A stretch of DNA of 64,000 nucleotides from an uncultured Acidobacteriota bacterium (GTDB lineage: Bacteria > Acidobacteriota > Thermoanaerobaculia > Multivoradales > SZUA-115), in contig CAWDVR010000001.1 of the NCBI GenBank assembly GCA_963805975.1, positions 736,001 through 800,000 of the forward strand, in the 5' to 3' direction. Numbering within the stretch: the stretch's first letter is position 1; each line of letters begins with the position of its first letter. A model generated the notes under the pieces. It made no database searches. It saw only the letters and a list, made by a program, of their open reading frames with translations, and had not been told where the DNA came from. This document shows positions 32,701 to 41,717 of this stretch, piece by piece. The translations under genes and the position numbers were made by a program.

Positions 32701-33347
32701 ACCTCGAGAAGAACGGCTGCACCACGCGGCGCGAGCTGACGCAGTCGGTGTTCGTCGAGGTGGGTGTCGACCCCACGGCGAGCGGCGTACAGGCCACGCC
32801 GCACCAGCCCGGGGCCGCCGGGGGCTACGACGTGACGCTCACTCCCCGCGACCGGCTGGGCAACCTCTGGGGCCCCGGCCGTCCCGGCGCCATCCAGTGC
32901 CGCGCCGACGACGGCTGCCGCTGCGACGCAGGGAAGGTGACCGACCGCGGCGACGGCTCCTACGTGATCCCGGTGGCGGTCAAGGCGAACGCCCGGCAGT
33001 GCCGCATCGACGCCTTCGGCACGGTCTTCGACCTCGCCTGGAACCGCCGGCCGGCCTCCTGCGCGGCGCTCCTCAAATCGCTCGACAATCCGCGCATCGA
33101 CGGCGCACTGCGCAACAAGCTTCGCTTCAAGGTCGAGGCCGCCTGCGAGCAATGGCACGCCGTCGAGGGCGACTGGAGCCTGGCCACCACCCAGGCCAGC
33201 TCGACCCTGGCCGAGGTGCTACACGAGATCGAGTCCCACGCCGGCGCCGACCTGCCGGCAGCCGACGTCGCGGAGCTGAAGCGACGAGTGCAGGAGCTGG
33301 CGAAAGAGGGCGGGCTCGAGGTGGGGGAGGCGCATCCGCATCACTGA
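29751..33347 (+). CDS. Secreted Cys-rich tyrosinase-like (type-3 copper) plus vWA multidomain protein
   Basis: GAGGAGG ribosome-binding site; signal peptide; HSAWH, AFHR, HGNMH and DPMFWRLH; vWA MIDAS DRSGS..T..LTDG; LFDDGTNGD motif. Confidence 0.8.
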   Translation: MPLRRTGFPRSGLAPLAAAVLLAFAFAFASAEPARAQTCWAYVNTPASAPISCVDQGDLSPGCFWNGDCHDDLDLSDCCTTIPGGPQSVLQMHSAWHSCFGAIGDSDGDNPPMRGNRWYAFHRQIEHDYNLWRESGNFCNPTAGSPQGCKIESVDWCPNMLLPYGFDCDLAAGGTGCGTQGFVADNSAQDCNPTLGSTNPCRPNNAACPGCQAFPQCLFLGGAGPAACPLAPSASCSGTGVNLPHTELADFPDVEELTTLLDSSFHGNMHGAVGTAGPCGDINSSGCSVRDPMFWRLHKAIDDVVRAWQDINATDVMVVVDRSGSMNELDSTGDSKLTAALEAADLFADLMEDARADGQTNRIGVVSYASNAGDAARNLAPIAAGPTLRDPGQPFPNVLAAIGGAGGGGCTGIGSGIQAAADQICPGGDCGAVPDPPPAGTNRRKSILLLTDGIENVPPCLQSAGPAGATCGGQCFGATLDATRLYDTQVCAVGFGDAGSLNGDLLTLFAERQGGIYMQNPALDPDGEWIDLKDFFAKCFGQLTDEFLGLDPKGILAPGQAASEAIEYTSCGDGKLTFVGGWKTAVDRGELRLLIHAPNGDLVRPGAGVETSTQATWDFSRLRLPYGTASTGLWQAHLVRPHRAFVNGFTSDAFADPKAGVELVRREIQRLCPTGCKRVLYFEDQTLGTSVYDKAIQVELGTRLLGTVSRTNRPDELAGLLRREWDLLVYAHQKGEAPEPYDGPLAERICGGQRAILTDTRGQAAASILKCAGAAYDEGRNHRLLAVDGELLAGQHKLHDPGHAIWSYGLRPAGSTAQARLDGRTHGIVAAVQRGAEQRWFVDVLVRGLNKLEAHKPVSHFETGSDLLPSVRISPFTVTAGGFDRVQARVEIERPLLGLGTLLARTGLAKEVRIGEERLDPRAATLLALEQARRGPVIPTTTETYPLFDDGTNGDLVAGNNYFSAQLPRAASADGMYRYRYILDLEKNGCTTRRELTQSVFVEVGVDPTASGVQATPHQPGAAGGYDVTLTPRDRLGNLWGPGRPGAIQCRADDGCRCDAGKVTDRGDGSYVIPVAVKANARQCRIDAFGTVFDLAWNRRPASCAALLKSLDNPRIDGALRNKLRFKVEAACEQWHAVEGDWSLATTQASSTLAEVLHEIESHAGADLPAADVAELKRRVQELAKEGGLEVGEAHPHH

Positions 33348-33384
33348 GCGGTGGAGCCTGTGACGCTGGCCCTCGAGTCGCGGC

Positions 33385-34663
33385 TCAGGTTCCGTCCACC
33401 ACGAGGCTCCAGGCGGAGAGGTCGCCGGTCTCGAAGCTGTCCTCGAAGATCGATGAGGGCGTGGCGTAGGCCACGAAGGCGCCGGTGCCCCACTCGATCT
33501 GGTTGTCGGCAGGCGGGGTGAGGGTGGCGGCGAAGGAGACGTCGCCCGCTTCGTTGATCGCCACTCCGCCGCCGAAGACCGGGCTCGAATCGTTCTGGTC
33601 GACGCGCGCCGTGCCGAGGTCGGTGGGCAGGAGGTCGTGCTCGCGGACCACGCGCGCGGAGCATGGTGCCGTCGCCCACGAAGACGGCGCGCAGGCCACT
33701 CTCGTCGAAAGCGCGGAAGGCGACCAGACCGGTCTCGTTGACGGCGGGCGCGAAGAACTCGAGCTCCGAGAGGTCGGGCCCGGACTCGACCGCGATGGTG
33801 ACGGTGGTCACTCCGTCGGACAGGAACACGCCACGCCCGCCGGCGACCAGGGTGGCGAGGAAGACCACGCGGCCGTCGTTGGTGAGCGCCACGCTGTTGT
33901 CGAAACGCGCGTAGGGCGAGGCGGCGTTGGAATCGACGTCCTCGGCGATCAGCACCGAGCTGCCGTTGGGTTCGAAGATGCGGATCTGGTCCGGCCGGCT
34001 CTCTGCGATCTCCCCCGCGGCGCCGAGCCGCACTTTGCCGGCGATCTGCCGCGCGTCGTTGAAGGCGGGGGTGAAGAGGAAGGAGTAGGGGCTCCCCACC
34101 ACGACGCCGGCTTCGGCGGCGTGGATCGGCACGGTGGAGGTGCCGTCGTAGGAGACCCAGGTCTGGCCCGAGCCCGAGAAACCGGCCCGGTAGCCCACCT
34201 GCCCGAGGTCGTTGATCGAGGGCGACCCCCATGAGGAAGCACCCAGGGGCAGGTTGGTGAGGAAGCCGGCGGTGTCGGTCTTCGAGTCGTAGGTGTAGAG
34301 GCCTTGGGGGCTCGAGAACGCCTCGTCCCACACCGCGACGCCGGCGTTGTTCAGGCCCACGGAGAGCACGAAGGCCTCCTCGTCGCTCTGGTAGACGATC
34401 TCCCCCTGGGCCTGGCCTCCGAACCACACCCCCTGGCCGGTCGAGCTTGGCAGCACCTCCAGGTCGAAGGCCATCTGTCCCAGGTCGTTCAGCCGTGGCG
34501 TGGTGTTCGAGAAGAAGGCGCTCCCCGGCAGGTTGAAGGCGCCGCTGAAGTTGGCTCTCGCCTGGAGCTCGAAGGTTTCGTAGGTCGGGACCTCGGCCGT
34601 GGCGCCAGAGGCTAGCGCCGTGGCGAGGAGAAAGCTGGAGGCAGATCGCAGGGTGGGTTTCAG
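33385..34663 (-). CDS. Secreted NxxGxxAF-repeat (beta-propeller-like) protein with C-terminal IFxDxFETGD tag; probable CTG start; frameshift near 33657
   Basis: Repeats LNDLGQMAF, LNNAGVAVW, INDLGQVGY, TNDGRVVF, VNETGLVAF, INEAGDVSF; the tail IFEDSFETGDLSAWS lies in the 33385..33699 frame. Confidence 0.75.
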
Positions 34664-34759
34664 AAGGGGCTCCTTCCCGAAGACGTCTGGATCCTAGCGC
34701 AGCGCCGGGAGGGTGCCGTGCGCCCGGCCGCGGCACGCCCAACTGCTAAGCTTCGACAG

Positions 34760-37234
34760 ATGTCGTTGCTCCCGAAGCTGCCGGCTGCCGTGCTGGGCGC
34801 CGGCCTCGCCGCCTCGATCCTCGCGCCCGTGCTCTCGTCCGCGCAGCCTCTGGCGCTGCGCCTGCCGGTGCTCTCGCTCCGCGAGGCGGCGATCACGGTC
34901 GCCCCGACCCTTGCCGCGAGGCCCGATGCGAACGCCGAGGACGTCGCCGAGCCGCTACCCCCGAGCTCCGAGGTGCTACCGCGGGCGCTCGCCCTGGAAG
35001 AGGAGGCGGAGCGGACCCGTGCCGAGCTCGCGCAGTCGTTCGGCCAGGCTGCCGGGGACCCGGAGCTGGCGGAGCTCCAGGAAGGCTTCGCGCGCCTGCG
35101 GCGGCGGCTCGCCGCGGTGGTGGGCGAAGGACCGATCGACGGCGACCGCGTGGCGCGGCTCCGGGCGCGGGCCCGGAAGGCGGGCGCCCATCTCGAGCAG
35201 GAGCTGGAGGCCACCTACGGCCGCTACCGCCGGCTGGAGCAGCTCGCCTCCGACTGGGACGGCCACCGCGACTTCTTCGCCCGCTGGCAGGCGGCGCTGC
35301 TCGCCGACCCCAGCTACGGCTCGCTGCGCGACGAGCTCACCGAGACCCGCCAGCGCATCGAGGTCGTGCGCGCCGAGATCGCCGCCGCGGTGCCGGCGGC
35401 CCGCGAGGCGCAGCAGCGGGCGCAGGGCCTGGTGCGGGAGCAGCGCGAGATCGAGGTCGAGGTCGAGCGCACCCTGGACGAGTGGGAGGCGAGCCTGCGG
35501 CGCCCGAGCGGCCCGGCCATGGTCACGCCGGCCTTCCTGGCCGAGCTCGAGCAGACTCAGGTCCTCGAACAGATTGGGGTCAGCGTGCCTCGCGATACCA
35601 GGCTCACGCCCCCCGGGCTGGATGCCGATTTTCTGCGAGACCACGCGTTCACCCTCCTGCTCCAGATCGCGGTGGGCCTGCTGGTCGCTTTCGGAGCGCG
35701 CTGGCTGCACCACGCGGCAGGCCCGGAAGACCCCTGGCACGGCCTCCTCGCACGCCCCTGGGCTCTGGGCCTGTTCGCTGCCGTGGCCGGCTTCGGCTCG
35801 CTCTACGACCCGGCGCCGGGCGTGTGGCGACTGCTGCCGGCGGTGCTGCTCGCGGTCTCGCTGGCCCGCTTGGCCGGCGCCACCTTCACCCGGCCGCGCG
35901 CCCGCTGGGCGGTCTACCTGCTCGCCCTGCTGCACGTCGCCTTCGAGGGCGCGGAGACCCTGGGCCTGGCCGAGCCGGTGGCGCGGCTGGTGCTGCTCTC
36001 CCTGGCCCTCGTGCCCCTCGCCCTGCTGCTACCGAGCGTGCTCCGCGAGCATCGCGAGCACGACCGCCTGACGCTCTTCGGCGTGGCGCTGCGGCTGGGA
36101 GTGGCGCTCCTGGCGGTGCTCGCTCTGGCCGAGGTGGCCGGTTTTCATCCGCTGGCGCGCTGGTTCTACCAGGCCGGCCTGCGCAGCACGATCGTGATCT
36201 TCGTCACCTCCTTCATCCTGCTGCTGGCGGCCAAGCTCAGCCGCCTCCTGCTGGCCTCGCCGGCCGTTGCCCGCCGTCGCCTCCTGTCCCAGCGGCGCGA
36301 GGAGCTGGCACGGCGCTTCCGGCGCGCGCTCACGGTGGTGGTGGTCGCGGTCGCGGCGCTGTTCATGGCCGATATCTGGCACCTGGCGGACTCGCCGTAC
36401 TCGGCGTGGCTGTCGCTCCTACGCTGGAACGCGTCCTTCGGCAGCTACCGGGTGACCGCCGGGCAGGCGCTCTTCGCCGCCGGGGCGCTCTACCTGGCCC
36501 TGGTGGTCTCCTGGCTGCTGCGCGCCGCGCTCGACGAACGGGTGGCGCACGGCGGCGGCCTGGACCGCGGCGCCGGCGACTCGGTGAAGACCCTGATCCG
36601 CTACTCGTTCATCGTCGTCGGGTTCTTTCTCGCCCTCTCGCTCCTGGGGATCGACCTCTCGAACTTCGCGATCCTGGCCGGCGCCTTCGGCGTGGGCATC
36701 GGTTTCGGGCTGCAGAACGTGGTCAACAACTTCGTCAGCGGCCTGATCCTGCTCTTCGAGCGACCGGTGCGCGCCGGTGACTCGGTGGTGGTGGCGGGCG
36801 ACAGCGGGGTCATCCGGCGGATCGGCCTGCGCTCGACGGTGATGCAGACCGGCGACCGCGCGGAGATCATCGTGCCGAACAGCCAGTTGATCGCCGAGAA
36901 AGTGACCAACTGGACGCTGTCCTCGCGCTCCGCCCGCTTGGCGGTGCCGGTGCGCGTTGCCTACGGCAGCGACCTGCGCAAAGTGCAGGAGATCCTGGAA
37001 ACGCTCGCCCGGGAGCACCCCAAGGTCTTGCCGGAGCCCAAGCCCCAGGGCCAGATCGTGGCGCTGGGGGAGAGCGCCATCGCTTTCGAGCTGCGCGCCA
37101 CCGTGGCCGACGTCGAGCAGCGGGGGGACGTGCAGCACGACCTCATGGCCGCCGTGGCCGAGCGTTTCGACGCCGAGGGCATCGCCATCCCGTTCCCGCA
37201 ACGGGAGGTGCATATACAGAAGGAGGATGGATGA
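34760..37234 (+). CDS. Mechanosensitive channel MscS family (MscK-like, periplasmic coiled coil)
   Basis: GVGIGFGLQNVVNNFVSGLILLFERP, IVPNSQL, VTNWT, IPFPQREVH. Confidence 0.92.
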   Translation: MSLLPKLPAAVLGAGLAASILAPVLSSAQPLALRLPVLSLREAAITVAPTLAARPDANAEDVAEPLPPSSEVLPRALALEEEAERTRAELAQSFGQAAGDPELAELQEGFARLRRRLAAVVGEGPIDGDRVARLRARARKAGAHLEQELEATYGRYRRLEQLASDWDGHRDFFARWQAALLADPSYGSLRDELTETRQRIEVVRAEIAAAVPAAREAQQRAQGLVREQREIEVEVERTLDEWEASLRRPSGPAMVTPAFLAELEQTQVLEQIGVSVPRDTRLTPPGLDADFLRDHAFTLLLQIAVGLLVAFGARWLHHAAGPEDPWHGLLARPWALGLFAAVAGFGSLYDPAPGVWRLLPAVLLAVSLARLAGATFTRPRARWAVYLLALLHVAFEGAETLGLAEPVARLVLLSLALVPLALLLPSVLREHREHDRLTLFGVALRLGVALLAVLALAEVAGFHPLARWFYQAGLRSTIVIFVTSFILLLAAKLSRLLLASPAVARRRLLSQRREELARRFRRALTVVVVAVAALFMADIWHLADSPYSAWLSLLRWNASFGSYRVTAGQALFAAGALYLALVVSWLLRAALDERVAHGGGLDRGAGDSVKTLIRYSFIVVGFFLALSLLGIDLSNFAILAGAFGVGIGFGLQNVVNNFVSGLILLFERPVRAGDSVVVAGDSGVIRRIGLRSTVMQTGDRAEIIVPNSQLIAEKVTNWTLSSRSARLAVPVRVAYGSDLRKVQEILETLAREHPKVLPEPKPQGQIVALGESAIAFELRATVADVEQRGDVQHDLMAAVAERFDAEGIAIPFPQREVHIQKEDG

Positions 37235-39804
37235 TTCGGAAGGTGATCGTCTGCAACGTGGTGCTCGGTTTCGCCCTGGCCGGCTCGCTGCCGGCCGACG
37301 AGCCGGCGAAAGACGCCAGCGCTCTGCCCACCGTGGCGGCGAAGACCTCCGGGCTGACGGCCAGGCCCGGCCTCTTGACGCTCTACGCCGACGAGGCACG
37401 GGGCAAGCTGTGGCTCGAGGTGCCGCCGGCCGGCAAGAACGGCGTGGTGGCCGAGCTGCTGTACGTCGAGGGCATCACCACCGGCGTGGGCTCGAACCCG
37501 ATCGGGCTCGATCGCGGCCAGCTCGGCGACGGCCGGGTGGTGACCCTGCGGCGGGTGGGCGGCCGGCTGCTGATCGAGGAGCCCAATCTCTTCTTTCGGG
37601 CGTTGTCGAGCGATCCGCGCGAGGTGGAGAGCGTGCGTCAGTCGTTCGCCACCTCGGTGCTGTGGGGCGCCGAGCTCGCGGCCCTCGACGCGGACGGCCG
37701 CGCACTGGTGGACTTCACACCCTTCCTGCTGCGCGACGCGCACGGCGTGGCCGCGACGCTCAAGCGCGCGGGCCAGGGCGCCTACGCGCTCGACGCCGGC
37801 AGGAGCGCCGTGGACCTCGCCTCCTGCCTGGTGTTCCCCGAGAACCTCGAGCTCGAATCGCTGCTGACCTTCAGTGCCGCCGAGCCCGGGCGGCTGGTCT
37901 CCGACGTGCTTGCGACCCCCGAGCTGATCACCGTCACCCTCCACCAGTCCTTCCTCCGCCTGCCCGAGCCGGGCTACCAGCCGCGGCGCTTCGACCCCCG
38001 CGCCGGCTCCTTCTCGATCAGCTTCCAGGATTACGCGGCGCCGCTCGGCGCGCCCATCGAGACGCGCTGGATCGTCCGCCACCGCCTGGAGAAGGTGGAC
38101 CCCAGGGCGGCGCGCTCGCGGGCCAAGAAGCCGATCGTCTACTACGTGGACCCCGGCGCGCCCGAGCCGGTGAAGAGCGCGCTGATCGAGGGCGCCTCGT
38201 GGTGGGCGCGGGCGTTCGAGGCAGCGGGCTTCATCGACGGCTTCCGCGTCGAGGTGCTGCCGGAAGGGGCCCATCCGCTCGACGCGCGCTACAACGTGAT
38301 CCAGTGGGTGCACCGCTCGACGCGCGGCTGGTCCTACGGCGGCGGCCTCATCGACCCGCGCACCGGCGAGATGCTCAAGGGTCACGTCACCCTGGGGTCG
38401 CTCCGCGTGCGGCAGGACCGGCTGCTGTTCGAGGGCCTGCTCGGCACCGAGCACACCGGGAGCGGCGCCGACGACGACCCGACCCGGCTCGCGCTGTGGC
38501 GGATCCGGCAGCTCGCGGCGCACGAAGTGGGCCACGCGCTGGGCTTCTCGCACAATTTCGCGGCCTCGACCTACGGCGGCCGTGCCTCGGTGATGGACTA
38601 CCCGGCGCCGCTGGTGGGCATCACCCCCGCCGGCGAGCTCGACCTGTCCCGGGCCTACGGCGTGGGGGTCGGCGCCTGGGACGTGCACGCGGCGCGCTTC
38701 GCCTACTCCCAGTTCCCGCCCGGCGCGGACGAGGCCGGCGAGCTCGAGCGCCTGTCGGCGGAAGCGGTGGAGAAGGGCCTGCTGTTCCTCTCCGACGCCG
38801 ACGCCAGGCCCCTGGGCTCGGCCCATCCCCTGGCGCATCTATGGGACAACGGCAGCGACCCGGTGGCGGCGCTCGAGCACACGATGCGCGTGCGGGCGGT
38901 GGCGCTCTCCCGCTTCGGCAAGCGCAACCTCGCGGCCGGCCGGCCGCTCGCCCTGCTCGAGGAGGTGCTGGCGACCGTCTACCTCCATCACCGCTACCAG
39001 GTGGAGGCGACCTCCAAGCTGGTGGGTGGCGAGGACTACCGCTACGGCGTCAACGGCGATGCGCAGCCGGCGGCGCGGCCGGTCGACGGGGACACCCAGC
39101 GGCGGGCCCTCGCCGCCGTGCTCTCGACTCTCGCCCCGGCGGCGCTCGACCTGCCGGAGGAGGTGCTGGGGCTGCTCTTGCCGCGGCCCGCGGACTACGA
39201 GCCCTCGATCGAGCAGTTCGCCTCGGCCACCTGGCCGGCGTTCGACGCTCTGGGCGCGGCGGCCACCGCCGCGGACCTCGCGGTGGCGCCGCTCGTCGAG
39301 CCACGGCGGGCGGCGCGGCTGGTGGACCAGCACCGCCGCGAGGCCTCGCTGCCGGGTCTGGAGGAAGTGGTCGCGGCCCTGGTCGAGCGCGTCTTCGAGC
39401 GTACCCCCGCGCCGCCGCGGCTGACCGAGATCCAGCGCACCGTGCAGGCGGTGGTGGCTTCACGGCTGATCGGCCTCGCCGGCGACCGCTCGACCACTCC
39501 CGCGGTGCGCGCGCGGGTGGGTGCCGCCCTCGCCGATCTGCAACAGCGACTGCGTCTGCCGGTCGATTTGCTCGTGCTGGATGACGAGGGCGAGAGCGCG
39601 TTTCGCGCGTACCTGGCCGCCGAGATCAGCCGCTTCCTGGAGCGGCCGGCTGCACCGGTGGAACGAGTGCTGCCCGCGCCGCCCGATCCGCCGCCCGGCA
39701 GCCCGATCGGAGCGGCCACGGCGGGCGGCGGCCCGGGGTACGAGGCATGGCGCCTCGCGGACGACGACGGTTGCTCGCTCGGACGGATGGGGGATGGCCG
39801 CTAG
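37231..39804 (+). CDS. Secreted zinc-dependent metalloprotease (EcxA/DUF4953-type)
   Basis: HEVGHALGFSHNF zinc motif, SVMDYP Met-turn, DPRTGE. Confidence 0.9.
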   Translation: MIRKVIVCNVVLGFALAGSLPADEPAKDASALPTVAAKTSGLTARPGLLTLYADEARGKLWLEVPPAGKNGVVAELLYVEGITTGVGSNPIGLDRGQLGDGRVVTLRRVGGRLLIEEPNLFFRALSSDPREVESVRQSFATSVLWGAELAALDADGRALVDFTPFLLRDAHGVAATLKRAGQGAYALDAGRSAVDLASCLVFPENLELESLLTFSAAEPGRLVSDVLATPELITVTLHQSFLRLPEPGYQPRRFDPRAGSFSISFQDYAAPLGAPIETRWIVRHRLEKVDPRAARSRAKKPIVYYVDPGAPEPVKSALIEGASWWARAFEAAGFIDGFRVEVLPEGAHPLDARYNVIQWVHRSTRGWSYGGGLIDPRTGEMLKGHVTLGSLRVRQDRLLFEGLLGTEHTGSGADDDPTRLALWRIRQLAAHEVGHALGFSHNFAASTYGGRASVMDYPAPLVGITPAGELDLSRAYGVGVGAWDVHAARFAYSQFPPGADEAGELERLSAEAVEKGLLFLSDADARPLGSAHPLAHLWDNGSDPVAALEHTMRVRAVALSRFGKRNLAAGRPLALLEEVLATVYLHHRYQVEATSKLVGGEDYRYGVNGDAQPAARPVDGDTQRRALAAVLSTLAPAALDLPEEVLGLLLPRPADYEPSIEQFASATWPAFDALGAAATAADLAVAPLVEPRRAARLVDQHRREASLPGLEEVVAALVERVFERTPAPPRLTEIQRTVQAVVASRLIGLAGDRSTTPAVRARVGAALADLQQRLRLPVDLLVLDDEGESAFRAYLAAEISRFLERPAAPVERVLPAPPDPPPGSPIGAATAGGGPGYEAWRLADDDGCSLGRMGDGR

Positions 39805-40696
39805 GAAGGCCCGACCCGTTGCGCCGGTGGCGCGCGCGCGGCCGGCGCGACGCTGGCTGCCGTTCGCCCTGGGCGGTGCGCTGGCGGCGGCCGGGCTGGC
39901 GCTGGCCGCCGGTCTCGGGCTCGGAGGCAGCCGTGCCGGCGAGACTCAGGCGGCTCCCCCGGCGCCCCCTCCGAGCTTGCCGAGGGCGGCTCGGCTGCGG
40001 GTGGAGGTAGTGGCCACCTACCCCCACGACCCGCAGGCTTTTACCCAGGGCCTGATCGAGAAGGGCGGCATCCTCCTGGAGAGCACGGGTCTCTATGGCG
40101 GTTCGGGCGTGCGCCGCGTGGAGCTCGAGACCGGCAAGGTCCTCGCGGAGGCGCGCCTGCCGCGCACGCTCTTCGGCGAGGGCTTGGCATGGGTGGACGC
40201 ACCGGGGAAGGCAGGGCGGCTGGTGCAGCTCACCTGGCAGGAGGGCAAGGCCTTGGTGTGGGACGCGGCGAGCTTCCGGCCCGAGGGCGAACATCAGTAC
40301 CAGGGCGAGGGTTGGGGCCTGTGCTTCGACGGCCGCCGCTTCGCGATGAGCGACGGCAGCGATCTCCTCACCTTCCGGGACGCCGACACCTTTGCCACGC
40401 TCTCCCGCGTGCAAGTCACGCGGGACGGCCTGCCCGTGGGCAGCCTGAACGAGCTCGAGTGCGTGGGGGAGGAGATCTACGCCAACCGCTGGCAGTTCGA
40501 GGAGATCGTGCGGGTGGACGCCGCCAGCGGGAGGGTGACGGCGACCATCGACGCCTCGGGCCTGCTCACCCCCGCCGAGAGAGACGGTACGGATGTCCTG
40601 AACGGCATCGCCTACCGTGCGAAGACCGGCACGTTCCTCCTCACCGGCAAGCTCTGGCCGAAGGTGTTCGAGGTCCGGTTCGTCCCGGTGCCGTAG
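39794..40696 (+). CDS. Glutaminyl-peptide cyclotransferase (bacterial/plant type)
   Basis: YPHDPQAFTQGL, ESTGLYG, FGEGL, EGWGL, LNELE, VLNGIA, TGKLWP; N-terminal TM anchor. Confidence 0.93.
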   Translation: MAARKARPVAPVARARPARRWLPFALGGALAAAGLALAAGLGLGGSRAGETQAAPPAPPPSLPRAARLRVEVVATYPHDPQAFTQGLIEKGGILLESTGLYGGSGVRRVELETGKVLAEARLPRTLFGEGLAWVDAPGKAGRLVQLTWQEGKALVWDAASFRPEGEHQYQGEGWGLCFDGRRFAMSDGSDLLTFRDADTFATLSRVQVTRDGLPVGSLNELECVGEEIYANRWQFEEIVRVDAASGRVTATIDASGLLTPAERDGTDVLNGIAYRAKTGTFLLTGKLWPKVFEVRFVPVP

Positions 40697-40701
40697 CGAA
40701 C

Positions 40702-40724
40702 AGGGCGCACCGCGTGCGCCCTTT
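40702..40724. terminator. Probable intrinsic terminator between convergent genes
   Basis: AGGGCGCAC-CGC-GTGCGCCCT followed by TT. Confidence 0.6.
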
Positions 40725-40729
40725 CCCCT

Positions 40730-41080
40730 TCAGTTCGCCGCCACCGGTGCGGTGGCCTCTTCGAGGATCTCGAGATGGCCCCAGCCTTCGAGCTTCGCGA
40801 GGTCGATCTCCGCCACGCAGCGCACCGGCACTCCGTCGAGCTTCAGGTTGCCGGCCAGCTTCACCTCGCCCTGGCCGTTGTCGAAATCGGCCTTCGAGAG
40901 ATCCGAGTGCTGGTGGTCCAGACGGAAGCCGAGCTCCGTGCCGCCACGGGTCTCGGTGAACTTGACGTGGACGTAGTTGCGGTCGATCGCGGCCTTGAGC
41001 TCCTTCAATGCGTCGTCGCGCACGGCGCCGATCACCACCCGGTGCTCGCCCTTGGCCAGCTTGTACGGCAGTTCGCTCAT
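40730..41080 (-). CDS. Small soluble protein of the family often labelled 'MbtH domain protein' (C-terminal-domain type)
   Basis: IDRNYVHVKFTETRGGTELG...ADF..G.G.V.L.G.L.LD.V.VRC.A.IDL..LEG.GHL; GAGGAG ribosome-binding site; family recalled from memory. Confidence 0.65.
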   Translation of the reverse strand: MSELPYKLAKGEHRVVIGAVRDDALKELKAAIDRNYVHVKFTETRGGTELGFRLDHQHSDLSKADFDNGQGEVKLAGNLKLDGVPVRCVAEIDLAKLEGWGHLEILEEATAPVAAN

Positions 41081-41228
41081 CACAATCTCCTCTGTTGGAT
41101 ACACCTCGACGGCGGGGCCTTGCGTGCCCACCCCTAAGAAATGCGCCAAGCGCCCGGTTGGGGACAAGCCGAGCGTCCTGGCTCCCGGCCGCGAGCCGGG
41201 AGAATGGGCTAGCATAGGCCATACAAGA

Positions 41229-41717
41229 ATGCGCCTCGAGAGGAACCTGCCCTTCTGGCTGCTGGTCGCGGGCGCAAGCCTGTGGGTCGGCTCCGTGTTC
41301 CTGGCACCACTCGCCAGGGCCAACGGCTGGGCGGCGGGCTCCTGGGTCTACGCTTTCTTCGACCCCGTCTGCCACCAGCGGCCGGAGCGCTCGTTCGCCC
41401 TCTGGGGTGAGCCGCTCGCCGTCTGCCATCGCTGCCTCGGCCTCTACACGGGCTTCCTGGCCGGGCTCCTCGTGCTGCCCGTCTGGGAGGGCCTGCGGCG
41501 GCGCCTCCTCGATCGCCCGCGCCTGCTTCTCGCTTTCGCCGCGCCCATGCTCGTGGACGTGGCCCTCTTCGCCGTGAACATCCCGGCGAGCCGCTACGCG
41601 ACCGGCTTCGTCGCCGCGTTCCCCCTGGCCGTGCCGGTGTGGGCGGCCGCCAGCGAGCTCTATTCGCGCGCCCTCAGAGCGGGGGCGCGCCCTCGACTTC
41701 AGGGAGAAAGACCATGA
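41229..41717 (+). CDS. DUF2085 membrane protein
   Basis: VCHQRPERSF...AVCHRCLGLYTG. Confidence 0.85.
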   Translation: MRLERNLPFWLLVAGASLWVGSVFLAPLARANGWAAGSWVYAFFDPVCHQRPERSFALWGEPLAVCHRCLGLYTGFLAGLLVLPVWEGLRRRLLDRPRLLLAFAAPMLVDVALFAVNIPASRYATGFVAAFPLAVPVWAAASELYSRALRAGARPRLQGERP

